Numbered from the stretch's first letter, positions 39,614 to 51,673 are shown. The stretch: 64,000 bases of DNA from Camelus ferus (GCF_009834535.1 NC_045697.1:66342001-66406000); one strand, 5' to 3'. A program made the numbers and translations. Notes: generated by a model from the letters alone, not told the origin.

Positions 39614-42600
39614 GTTAGTATCCACATTACTGGAGAGGAAATATGGTGATTTATATAATGAATAAACAGCATGAATGCCTGATTTTTGCAAAATTAAGTT
39701 AAATTTTGCAAAACAGCTATAATTTAGAATAACCACATTTAGTTTTTTCAATAAGTTTGGTTTGCATTGCTATGTTGTAGTGAATTGCTTTATGGTAATT
39801 AATAGTAATGTTTAACTTTTGTCATAAAATATATGTGGGGTTTGCTGTGTAATGGTTTAAAAGAGGTAATGTTTGGGATAATTTGTATCATTCAAGACTG
39901 TTAGAAAACAAAGGTAGAAGAGAAAGCATAAATATACGTACCACTAGTGAACAGTCTATATAAAACTGAATTGATTTCCGAATTTATATTAAAACTCATT
40001 GTTTCTCAGGTAAAGTCTCAGAGAACTTTTTTGATTTTTTTGACAATGTTGTTGAAAGGTTTAGAACTTTAATATATAGTCGTGTGTCATTGGAAGATAG
40101 AAAGTCTATACACCTTTGAAATTAGTTAAGAGATAATTACTAGCTTGTTAAATGTCACAGGTAGTTGGGAGAGACATTGGAAATCACTGTGGTATAACTT
40201 TTAAACCTTGCTTTTGTGTCTATTGGTATTGACAGTAAACTGGTGATTACTTGCTTTAAAAATAGATTAAAATCATATTAGGTAAGAACTTTAATTTTGT
40301 GTTACATTACTATAGATAGAATTGGAAATGTGGAATATCTATCTTAGACACACTGAAGGGAATTAACTATTGAATTATTAGAGCAACTTTATCCCAGTGT
40401 GGCTGTGGTCTCAGTAATTGAGTAGTTTCATGTTCTAGACACATAGGAATATTGCACACCAATGCACTAGAGGAACATTCCCCAAACCCTGATTTATTGT
40501 TTTCTATTTAAAGTTAGTCTTACACACAGGGACTTCTGCTAGTTACTAGGTTCCAGTGTTAACAATTTATTAACAGTTTGACTTGTAAGGGGGAAAAATT
40601 GGGTCTTGGAAAAATAAATTTAAGCATTTAGGTTAAATACATATACATTTTTTAATTCTTTAAAGATTCAGTTACTTTATTATTATTATGCATTGTGCTA
40701 GATGTTTTTAAATGCACTATGTGATTGAATTCTCATTTAAACTTTGAACCTTGAGAGGTTACTTAAATTTCTCAAGTCATGTAGCTTGCGATTGAGCTAA
40801 GATTCAAGGCTAGGTTTTTTGAAGCCAGATTTTGGTGTGTCTTGCTCTGCGTCGCTTGTTTGTGACCTAGGCTTATTTCTGTTACTTTGAATAAGTATTT
40901 GTTTTTAATGGTTATAGACTAAATTGAGTGAATTGAGGCTACATGAGTGAATAATGTGCATAAACTATAGTTGGGTTTGATAGTGTTTCTTTTATATTGT
41001 GCAGTTGGAGGATCTGTTCTAACAACAAACCTGTATTGGTGTATTTTTCAGAGGGCCTGAAAACATGTGCCCTTACAAGAGGTCTGAAAGATGCAGCAAT
41101 TGTCATTCATTTCACTGTTGAGGAAAAAGAGGCTTCTGGGGATTGCACCTGTCTGGGCACAGGGGAAGTGGGCAGCATAGCCAGGGTGCAAAACCATGTC
41201 ATCTGACTGTCCTGATGACACATATGCCACTGTGGTGTATGATGGGATGTTCCACTTGGGCACATTTTCTAAAAGTCATGAAAGTATCTGTTCAACATAT
41301 TAAAATTGGCATCTTTAGGCTTTAGCCAATCAACCCTCTGCTGGCTACCACCCACCACACTGTAGAATATTTCCTCCTCAGCTTCTTGTTGACATTAAAC
41401 TTTTCCCCTAAACTTTAAAATGTCTGAATATATATTTAAAATTGTATTCTGGTCAGAAGAGGTTATTTTGAAAAACTATTTCTCTACTATTTAAAATAAC
41501 AAGGCAGAGGAGAAAATGCTTTGCATTATGGCTTAGAGAAGAATAAATACCCATAAATTACTGAGATTAACTTAATCCTGCGTCTCACCCCAACTCAGCA
41601 AAACTCAGCCCTCTATTGAGTTTTGAAACTAACTTTGACATGTGGAAATATGGCTTCTTAGTATTCAGACTGGTAGACAGTTTTTCTCACTATGTTTATA
41701 ATCAGTTATTACTGTGACTAAAGTTTATTGCAGTAAGATTGATTCAGCATTGTGTTGAGAAACTGTATAGAGCTTATACTTGAGTCTTCTATCCATAATG
41801 GAATGTGAGTATATTTGTTTTTAACAATTCTACACTTAATAGGCTTTGAGAATGAATTCTGTTTTCACTCTTTAGATGTTATTAACCTAGTTCTTTTACC
41901 ATATCATATCAGCTATGCCTTTCTGGGCAATGATTAGATTGCTGATCATACAGAACTGCGGAATTCCTACAAATCAGTTCTGAACGTCCTGAAATCTGCC
42001 TTGTTAAGAGGGCAGTAGTAATGATGAATAGGGAAGAGTCTGAAAATTGAGTAACAGCCCATTATTTGTGACCTGCCACTTCATGTATTTTTCATCATAA
42101 TCACTACATTTTAAAAAATAAGAGAAGATTTTCAAATAGCATATCATTCCTTTATAATATATGATTCAGGATAATTTATGTGAGAGGATTACACTTGCTG
42201 TTAATGTATACTGCTTATATTATGTGAGACTAAAAGATTTTCTCTTAGTCTGTTCTGACTTTAAAAGTGATTCTAAAATGATCTGTTTTTACATCTTATG
42301 TCTACTTTATATTTTAATCTCTGCCTTTTGTTAGGAACACAATAGGAATTTAGATTCACTCTAAAACGAATTTTATAAAAGTCTAGAAAAATTTTAAATA
42401 GTGGATCTTTATTTCTTGGTATTAGTAACTTGAGACTTGAACTAGCATTCATATATAAAATATTTTTCGTTGATTTTGGAAGCCAAAAAAAAAAAAAAAA
42501 CCCCAGAGAACTGTTGTCCAAATAATAACAGTGTAACAGAATTTTGACTAACACTTGTTCATTTTTGTTTGTCTGTGTTTACGTGATTATTTTGAAGCAT

Positions 42601-42778
42601 GATGTTTGGTGTAGCATCTTCATGTAAATTCATTGTTTTGAATTTTGTTATTTCATTTTTCTTTTTCTTCTCCTTTTTTTATTTTTTTGGTCTCATCTTT
42701 GTTTTCCATCATCCTGGGGACATCAATGTCTTCTCTACTCTATCACGTCTTTTTGTGTGTGTATTATTCCTCCTTCAG

Positions 42779-42793
42779 TAACCCTGGCACCGT
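42779..42793 (+). CDS. PDLIM5: PDLIM5 15-nt micro-exon TAACCCTGGCACCGT, NPGT(V); phase 2 to 2
   Basis: Acceptor TTCCTCCTTCAG ending 42778, consensus donor GTAAGT at 42794, frame preserving. Confidence 0.88.
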
Positions 42794-43939
42794 GTAAGTA
42801 TCTAATCAATGATTTCTTTTCTAATTTTCATCATTGTCTCTGTAACCTTCCATCTGGCTTTCAACTTAACACCATCAGAAAATTTTGTTAGTATCTTCTC
42901 ATTGCATAAAATGTTCAAGTATGTTAAGCAGCCTAGGAAACTTGTTTTTCACACCAGAGAACTTCATATGAATTAGTGTGTGTATTTTAGAAAACCCACA
43001 CTTATGCAGTGGAAAATCTTAGTAAGCTAAACCTTCAGGAAGATAGATCAGCACTATGGACAGTATATACGGGAGTTAAAGATGTAGTTGGGGCCTCCCT
43101 TGTTAAGTATTTTTTTTAATTTGAATAAACTTGCTAATTTTGAATGTCTGTATTTTGAAATAAATTATTTGCTCTTGATAGTTAAATTTATATTCTATCC
43201 CAAATACATTTAAAAAATAAAATTGTTGAGATTATTCTTTTCTTTAATCATAGTCATCAGAGTTTGGAGTTTCAAAACCAGTAGATGTTTAGAAACTTTC
43301 TATCGCTTGACACAATCTGAAACTGTGGTGAATGTCACAAAGAGTCTAAGATGTACTATACTTTTTGCAGGTGTGTCATGGCTAAAAAGTATTTTTTAGT
43401 GGTGTCATTTTATTAATCTTAGTCTTAGCTTGACATAAAACTTTTCATTTTGTATTTTTATAGTTCAAACCTTTTGTAGAGAATAAAGTAGTCTTATACC
43501 TTAAATTGGCACCTTTTAAGAGTAAGCAATACTTACTATTTAAAATTATAATAAATTTAGTAGCTTAACGTTTTTCAAGTAATTGCATAAGATAAACTGT
43601 TGTCTGTTTAGGAATGGCCAAAGACAGTGTATTTATGAAATAATCTATATTTATTATTTTATAATTTTTAAAAATTATGTCTACTTTAAGAAGATTAGGA
43701 GGTTTTGTTTAATATTAGTTAAACGTGTTTTTGGTATTTTACTTCTAGAATATTAAAATTTTATCATAAATCATAGTAATTTTAATTACCATTATAATAT
43801 GCTATTAAATATACCACTAAATGGTATTAAAACACTATTATTAGTATTGTATGTAAATACTATTGATCTGTTCTATATATATATAGATGACCTATAGTCT
43901 TAGAACATGCATTGCAAATAATTTTTCTAGTAATCGTTA

Positions 43940-44165
43940 AGGAACACATTACGTGATCATTACTTTGTGTTAGCTACTGTGGAAAGCACTTTACATACTT
44001 TAACCTGTCTTATTTATTCCTCAAAACGACCTTTTAAGGTAGATGGAATCCCCATTTCTCAAATGGGAAAAATTGGGGCTTGGAGAAATTAAATGACTTG
44101 CACAGAACACACACTGAGTGAAGGATGTATGTTTAGAACTATTATCTGACTCCAAAGCCAGTCTT
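43940..44165 (-). mobile_element. MIR
   Basis: AAGCACTTTACAT...CCCCATTT...AAATGACTTGC...TCTGACTCCAAAGCC. Confidence 0.72.
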
Positions 44166-44539
44166 AATGTTAATTCTATCATGTTCTTCACTGGACAAAA
44201 ACTCTTCTAGTGTATTGAGACAGTTTTGATACTGTCCCTCTTAAAATGACAGCAGTCACGTGGCATCCTGAAAGCACTATGATTTTCTAGCAGAGTCTTG
44301 TGCCAGTTGTCTGCTAGTCCAGATTCAGGTTCCTTTTTGTCTTTTGAAACTAAACTCATAGCCTCTAAAAGTTTGCATTATACTATTTGTGGGGGAGAGG
44401 GTTGAGAAGGGAAGGAGTACTTATTAAGTTACCTAGATCTTGGGTTAAAGTGTTAAAGTCATGTACACTGTGAATTCCTTAATGGTTATACTTTATTAAT
44501 AGAAAACTTAGTGTTCTTAGCAAGCTCAAAGTTTTTGAA

Positions 44540-44750
44540 CTCTGTAGTTTACAGATCCCTTTCACATACATTATTTCATCTAATCCTGAGAACAGTGTTA
44601 CTTTATATGTGATATTCTTGTCTTATAAATGAAAAAACTGAGGCTTAGTGAGATTGACTTGTCCAAAAATCACATATCTGAAAAGTCATAGACCCAGATT
44701 CATATCTTGGTCTTTTCATAAATATTTCATCGGTTTCTGATACACCACAG
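44540..44750 (-). mobile_element. MIR
   Basis: CATTATTTCATCTAATCCT...AAACTGAGGCTTAGTGAGATTGACTTGTCCAA. Confidence 0.72.
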
Positions 44751-45171
44751 CTCTTCCTCACTGTGCTGATCCTTCACGCAGCTTTATTTAGGATGAGGGA
44801 TATTTGTACACATCAATGAGAAAACCGTAGAAAATAACAGTTCTGACCCTTTTCAAAATTGTTATTGGAACTGCCGGTTTGCCCTGTACTAAACCACTCC
44901 TGGTTCCTGGACCTAGTGAGGAAATGGTCATTTAATTTTGTGAAAGCCAACACATTTTAGCAGCATGTGGGTATTTAATGGTGGTTATGAATATAATCCA
45001 TATCTGTTTTGTTAGCCATAGGATGAACAATACAAGTAATTTTGAATTGTTTGATTTTAATTACTGTGGACTTTTCAGTTTCTTGTTATTTTCCTTCTTT
45101 TCTTATTCTTTTCTTTTCCTTTTCTTCATGTTGGAAATCTCTCTTCTGGGCCTTCTTCTGTCAATTAAAAG

Positions 45172-45189
45172 GAAAATCCCACCTAAACG
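45172..45189 (+). CDS. PDLIM5: PDLIM5 18-nt micro-exon GAAAATCCCACCTAAACG, KIPPK(R); phase 2 to 2
   Basis: Long pyrimidine tract then AAG ending 45171, donor GTAACC at 45190, frame preserving. Confidence 0.85.
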
Positions 45190-45472
45190 GTAACCTTTCT
45201 GTTAAATAGATACTTATACTATTATTTTGTATTAGCATATAAGTACCTCTTTTTTTTTTTTTTACTAGTTAAGAAACCTAGTCTGCTTTATTTTAGAAGG
45301 ATTTTTTTGTTTTTTAGAAAAATTGATGCTGAGGATACTTGAAAAAGCAAAATATGTTAAAGGAACATTGAGGGAAAAATGTATAAATTATAAACAACAC
45401 AGAAGAGGGTATTTTATCTTTAACATAATTTAAATTTTTTTAATCCTGTTTTTTTTTCCTTCTTAACCCTAG

Positions 45473-45645
45473 CCCACCAAGAAAACACATTGTGGAGCGC
45501 TATACAGAGTTTTACCACATACCTACTCACAGTGATGCCAGCAAGAAGAGACTGATTGAGGATACTGAAGACTGGCGTCCAAGGACTGGAACGACTCAGT
45601 CTCGCTCTTTCCGAATCCTCGCCCAGATCACTGGGACTGAACATC
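45473..45645 (+). CDS. PDLIM5: PDLIM5 173-nt exon PPRKHIVERYTEFYHIPTHSDASKKRLIEDTEDWRPRTGTTQSRSFRILAQITGTEH; phase 2 in, phase 1 out
   Basis: Acceptor TAG ending 45472, donor GTAAGT at 45646; QSRSFRILAQ motif shared with the Enigma-family paralogues LDB3/ZASP and PDLIM7. Confidence 0.97.
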
Positions 45646-46004
45646 GTAAGTGAATACCTAGGCTTCTAATAGATAAATATTCTTTGCCACAGAGACTAGC
45701 ATTTAGGGTGATGGACAATTACTGGAGAATAGTAATTTTCCTGAGACAGTCTGCTTTTAAATTATGCCATGCATAATGGTATTGAAAATGAGAAACCAGC
45801 CCAAGAGGGTTATTACGGAAAGTGTAGAAGTAGTGTAGTTGTAGTACTGACTGTAGTCTGTAGCCAATGACAACACGATAGGGGTCTTTTTAGTGGCTCT
45901 GTGCAACTTGACCGTTTGGTATTAACTGATAACAGGTAATTGCTTAAGTGATTTTAAAGTTAAAAAAGGCAAACTAACATTGGATATTGCTTATTATATT
46001 TCAG

Positions 46005-46041
46005 TGAAAGAATCTGAAAGTGATCATACAAAGAAGGCAAA
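46005..46041 (+). CDS. PDLIM5: PDLIM5 37-nt exon (L)KESESDHTKKA(N/K); phase 1 in, phase 2 out
   Basis: Branch-like ACTAAC 45973-45978, acceptor TTTCAG ending 46004, donor GTAAGT at 46042. Confidence 0.94.
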
Positions 46042-46603
46042 GTAAGTAGTCCATTTTTTGGTAAATTGAATGCTTTTTTTCATGAATGGTCGCAATTTGT
46101 TCTTTTCACCTTTTTGGTGTAATGGTATGGCATTTTGTCTTTGCAGCTGGAAACTAAGCTTAACTTTGGTGCCTTTTATGGGACTTATATGTACAACTTA
46201 CAGATTTTTAAATTAGTAGATATTGTCTGGATTTTGTGTCTAAGGCTTATTTTTCTTTAGTACTGCAGTAAGTGGGCAGAAGGGTATATTTGGGGGTGCT
46301 TTGCTAACACTGCAGGTCTCTGTGAATGGGTTCGTGTGTTGTCTTGCAGTCTCCTTATTTGGGAATAAAAATTGAAGTTTCCATGAGGGTTCTGTAGATT
46401 AATTTCTGTATTTCTGAAAATGCTCTACCCTTAAAATCTTTGCTGTTAAAGCAGCTCTGTGAAATTCAGCTTTTATAAAGGCATGTTTTTTGCATGATGA
46501 ACTAAGTGTAGAAACTTTTCCTTTCTCTTTCTTATGACTCTTCTATCACTTTCTTTTTCTTTCTTTCTTTTCTTTTTTTTTTTTTTTTTTTTTATTTCCA
46601 CAG

Positions 46604-46697
46604 GGAAAAGATACCCCTTCACGTCTTTAGTCCCAAATACACAAAATTACGTGACTGGCACCATGAAGTTTCAGCACGTGCTCTTAACGTACAGTGA
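46604..46697 (+). CDS. PDLIM5: Coding part of the alternative last exon of LIM-less short ENH isoforms, (K)EKIPLHVFSPKYTKLRDWHHEVSARALNVQ-stop
   Basis: Very long pyrimidine tract, CAG ending 46603, in phase with the 37-nt exon, TGA at 46695-46697; peptide matches the recalled short-isoform C-terminus. Confidence 0.92.
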
Positions 46698-47750
46698 TTT
46701 CTGAGCCTTGCTCCCCCAAGCAGTCAGCACATACCTTTCATTCACTTTTTTCTTTTCCTCCACCTTCATAGCAAAATCTGTATTAAGTTTGCTGTATGAA
46801 AGAAAAAGTAGAACCTTTTCTATACTTTCCTAACCATTTCCTGCTGTCATGAAAACAAAGAGGATGAACATGTTTTGTGCTAGTTAGTAGCTCAAAAATG
46901 TTAAACCAAGAGAGCAAATTAAGGAACTAGGTATGTTCAATGGATTTACATCTTTTTTATTGTTACTACGATAGTAACCTTGGAAAAGGAACTCTGTTTG
47001 TAAGTGGACTTCGGTTGGTTTTTTGAAGCAGAGGTAGATGAGCAAATAATGTCCTTGTCTCTTTTGGAAAATACTTCCTTTATGTTACTTCATTTCCCAA
47101 GGTTACTTTTAAGTTCATTATTACGTAATGTTCAAAGTAGGTTGTCAACTGTTCTAAATAAACAAATATGAGGAGGCAAGATAAAATAGAAAGGACTTTA
47201 TTAGAATGGAATTCATTATAGATTTGGGTATTTTTTTTAAAGCAGACACTATTGAGAATGGCTATATGAGAGCAGGGAGCCTAGATTTGGCTCCTAAAAA
47301 AAGGAAAGAAGAGAATTCTGTCCCTACTGGCAATGGGGAATATCGTGTTCTTTTGGTTTGACTACTTTTAAAAATTCTATTTTCTACTAAAGGAAGTAGG
47401 TCTAAACTGGTGGATTTGTTTAGGGTATAGACAACTTCTAAGTATTAACTAGTAAGATATAGAAAAGATAGCTTTGCTTTGTTTCTAAATCAGAGGAAAT
47501 GAACATAAAATAAATTGCAGTATGAATGATTCTTTATGCAACATCAGAGATATTTTACTTAGTGATATAAACTATTGTGCATTGCTGCTATTCCTGAGAA
47601 GCTCCATTTTAGGCAATACATGCAAGCTAAATATCTGAGCAGAATGCTTTCTGTCTTGTAATATAATGTATTATATATTAGATTAAATTCAATGATAAAT
47701 GCATTTTGAAGTTTGGAAAAGTATTGTAATAAAGTTGCCTTTAACTTAGC
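46698..47750 (+). other. PDLIM5: Putative 3' UTR of the short isoforms (end approximate)
   Basis: About 1 kb of AT-rich sequence with no recognisable repeat between the stop codon and the best poly(A) signal. Confidence 0.6.
47728..47733 (+). terminator. Most likely poly(A) signal of the alternative last exon
   Basis: AATAAA with adjoining upstream TGTA and downstream GU/U-rich TTTGTACTTGTTTTCTGTTT (47751-47770); other AATAAA at 47157, 47509, 47822. Confidence 0.6.
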
Positions 47751-49319
47751 TTTGTACTTGTTTTCTGTTTCCTTGAAGCTAGTAACAAGCTATCCAAGAC
47801 TTTATAGTATCACTTGGATAAAATAAATGATTTTCTTGACATTTAATTTGGAAAACATTTTTAATTTTGTGAGGTTGCTAAAATGTGAGTGTGGAATATG
47901 ACGAACATCCATATTCAGTTTTTTTCCTACCTTATTACATTATTTTACATGACGTTATATGTAACACATGAGATCAGTCAGACTAGAACACGACATAGAA
48001 TTAGTCTTTGTGTGAAAATTATTGCTGAAGCATCTTTGCCTGCATTCAAGGTTCCATTTTTATTTTTCCAGGTTTTCTTCACTTTAATGTCACCGTAGAA
48101 TAGGAAAACTGCCTGGTGATTTGGAGAAACTAACATTAATTGCAGTTAGTGAATACTGTTTAAAATTTGGCATGCCAAATGCATTTATAAAAGAATTCTA
48201 GGATTTAACTATGTTCATTTTTCTATGCTTAATACTATATTAAGATGTCTTTCTTTTAATTGCATCAGTTCTTCAGATACTGCTTACGATTTTATGACCC
48301 TTACATCAGTCTCAGTTTACAATTGTGTCTCCAGCCTCTGTAAGAAGATCTGCTTTCTTAGACCAGGTTTTCCAACACCTAATAATTCTTCACTGGTCTC
48401 AAAAGATGATGCTTGAAAAAAGACAGAATCAAATTCTCATGAAAATAAATGGTCTGGGTAGAGTAAACATCGTATTTACACCAAGAACCAAATTTCTAGA
48501 ATAACTTCAGAGTTGAGAGAAAGAACTGCTAAGAGAGTTTTAGGTAAGTGAAGACAACGTATGTATGTAGAACTTTGTAAGTTGAAATAGGTGCAGTTGA
48601 AAATAAGAGTTTAATACCTTGCCTAATTAGAAGTGAAAATATTTAAAGTGTCTCATTGTCTCATCGAAAGTGTAGACTTAGATAAATGGTAAATGGAACG
48701 ATCCATACTTGAGTACGAGGGTAAATGTTCAGCCAGGATTGCAAAGGACGTTCCGTTTAAACCTCCCTGTCAGAGGTGAAATTCCTCTGCTTTGTTAATC
48801 TCCTGGGACATCTTTATTCCAGGCTTAAATGCTAGCCAAAAACTGTAAAAGCTTCTTGCAGAAGTATTGTTGCAAGTCTGGTTACCTAATTTATAGATTG
48901 TTTTTGTTTGTCTCTCTTATACAGACTTTCTTTATCACAGACTTGTTTTTCTCGTAAAATTGGAAAGTTACTCCTAAGAGTTTCCAACATTTTTTTCTTA
49001 ATAATGTTTTACCAGCCAGAAGATAATGTCTCCCACACAATCTTTTTATTACCATGATAAACAATTATTTGTGGAACCAGAAACGTACTCATTTTGCACA
49101 TGATTACGCCCTTAAGGAGGATACAGATAAAAAAAATACCCTAGAGGGCTTGTTTAATAAAAACTGTGATGTTAGGAAAGAAAGTAACAGTCCCTTTTTT
49201 TATTCACATTTTTTTTTCCAGAAATACAGGGTGGATTGATTTCCCCAGACAAATAATTGTGCAATCGTTGTGTTGCTGATGGGTCTTTAAAATCATATAA
49301 ATCATGAATATTCATTTTT

Positions 49320-49700
49320 GTCTGTATTCATTCTTTCGCATGACTAATTACCGAATGCTTAAATTCCAGGGACTGATCCTGTGCTAGAGATTCAGAAGTG
49401 AATAGCAGTTGATATATAGACAAGATCATCTGAGATAACTCTGTTACCCAGATAATAAAATTAGTTAATACAAAGGAAATTTGGCCCAGGCAGGGTAGGC
49501 TTACTTAGATTTTGTGGACCTCTGAGGCGATGACCTCAGTGCCATCACCTGAGAGAGTAAACGGGGTCAACCATGTGATGACGTGGGGCAAGTGCTCAAG
49601 GCAGAGGAAACAAGGCTGGGAACCCTGAGGTGGAAAGGAGCCCAGCAGGTACACAGAACAGAAGGGACCGTGTGGCCAGAATGTGGTAGGTGAGGGGAAG
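49320..49700 (-). mobile_element. L2 fragment
   Basis: TATTCATTC...AGGCAGAGGAAACA...GAAGGGACCGTGTGGCCAGAATG. Confidence 0.6.
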
Positions 49701-50909
49701 CTCAATCCAAAGACAGAATACTTGTGCATTCAGGCAAATAACGTATGTTCCCCATACTGTCCACAGCATTTTAAATGGGAAGTTGTCTAATTATTATGTC
49801 TAACCACGTCCAAGTAAAATTAGAAAATGAAAAGCCAGAAAGTCTAATCAATTTGCTTAAATAAAGTCTACCCACCGAGTTAGTGCGTGCCCTGGGCATA
49901 ATGATCAGGCTTAGTGCTTTTCTAGTTGAGACCCATGGAAGACCTAGAACAGGGGGGCATTAACATGGGATATGTTGGTAACATATTTGTAGGGAACAGA
50001 ATGCCCCTTAAGCACGTGAAGTCACTCAAGCAAAACTTCCATGTGTAGAAATGGAACATATAATGCTCTGCTCATAATTTTGGGATGAACTTGACAATTT
50101 AGTCCTTTCTGTGAAAACCTGTCTTGGTTTTCACATATCACCTGAGCTGCAGACACCCCCTTCTCCAAGGCCACAGCCTTTGTGGCACCGTCCACGGGCG
50201 GTGAACTGATCTGGGAGGGCAGGGAAAGCCTGGCCCCTTCAGCACAGGTCAGGCCAACCTGGGCAGGCCATGCTGGCTCTGTGAGCTCCCACCTTGTACC
50301 TCAGTTGCCCCCATTCTCTTCAGTGTGATCCTTGTCTTCGCCTTCTCATCATTCTCTCTGTCCTGGACCTTCTCCTCCCTTCTCCTTACATTTTCAAACC
50401 AGATCTCAGATACCATTTAATGAAATCATTAAAGTGAAAGGATCAATTTAGGGCAGCCTGAAACATGTATGGAAGTCAAAAGAAAGATACACTGACTCTT
50501 CCTTGCCTCCACTAAAGATGTCTATTTGTTGATTCCATCAGAAGCACCCTGGGAGGAATGAGGAGGTAAAGATGTTTCTGTTATAAATAACTTATTTCTT
50601 ATCTTGGTGTTTATAGGATTTTGTGTTTTAGCCTTGAAATAAAGCAATTTTACTGGCCCCCCCAAAAATCAAATATTATCAGGGCTATATGAATGAGTCA
50701 ATGAAGTAAGAGCTTCAAAACAGAAAATTAAGTTTAATTCTGAATAAATGTGATACGATCTCGTCACTGGAAAGCAGCACTTCATATACTATTATTATTT
50801 TGTATGTTATACTTTTCTATATGCAACTTTTTAGAAGCCTTTTGATCAGTCACTTAATGCGTTTTATTTAACACCTCCGCCGTTTCCTTCATATCCTAAA
50901 AGTTTTCTC

Positions 50910-51103
50910 TAGTTCTCTGCCAGGGAAGATGCTGCTTCTGAGTGGCCTTTGGGAATGTGTAGGGGGTGGTATAGATCTCACAAGGTCAGGAGGGTGCCAC
51001 TCGGGGCCAAGGATACTCAGTGTCTTGTCCTGCTCGGAATTGTCCCACAGGATCAAGCGTCATCTGCCCAAAATGCCAGTGGTGCTTCCCTGAGAATGAC
51101 TGG
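50910..51103. mobile_element. MER20-like hAT MITE
   Basis: GGGGCCAAGGATACT...TGCCCAAAATGCCAGTGGTGC...TGAGAATGACTG. Confidence 0.55.
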
Positions 51104-51452
51104 GCGGAGTACAAATGCTCCCTCCTCTGAGATTTTCTTGTTCCTCCTACAGCTTCAGCCACACAGTCTCACCCATGGTGTACCACCCCACCCTCCACAG
51201 TGGAAATAATCTCACTTCTGAAGTAACAACTGTGTCATTTTTATCACTCTTCGGCACCTCTTTTTCTAATATGTGTTATGGATATTTGTCTACATGTCCT
51301 AAATCTCCCAACTAGAGGATAAGCTTTTCAAACACAAGACTCAGAGTATAATACACATTGGGAGGTAAAGGCATTCTAGTGGTCATGGTATTTCTTCCTG
51401 GACATTTATACATAAGTGTGTATGTAAATATACATATTTAAGTATTTAAATA

Positions 51453-51673
51453 CAGTTGCTCCTTGAACGACATGGGAGGTTAGAGGTGCCACCACCCTGT
51501 GCAGTCAGAAATCCACATCTAGCTTTACAGTCGGGCCTCCCTTTCTGGGGTTCTGCATTTGTGAATTCAACCACGTGCAGATCATGTAATACCGTAGTAT
51601 GTATTTAGTGGGAAAAAATCCACGTATAAGTGGACCAGTGCAGTTCAAATCCACGTTGTTCAAGGGCCAACTG
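51453..51673. mobile_element. Tigger2-family MITE (MER8-like)
   Basis: Inverted termini CAGTTGCTCCTTGAACGAC / GTTGTTCAAGGGCCAACTG, TA on both sides. Confidence 0.85.

Noticed and set aside
5526..47613. Isolated CArG boxes at 5526, 20882 and 47604 and lone AP-1 sites
   Set aside because: Several such matches are expected by chance in AT-rich DNA of this length
50170..50203. Two small adjacent hairpins, one with a C-CACG-G loop
   Set aside because: Stems of only 6-7 bp in a GC-rich patch; consistent with chance
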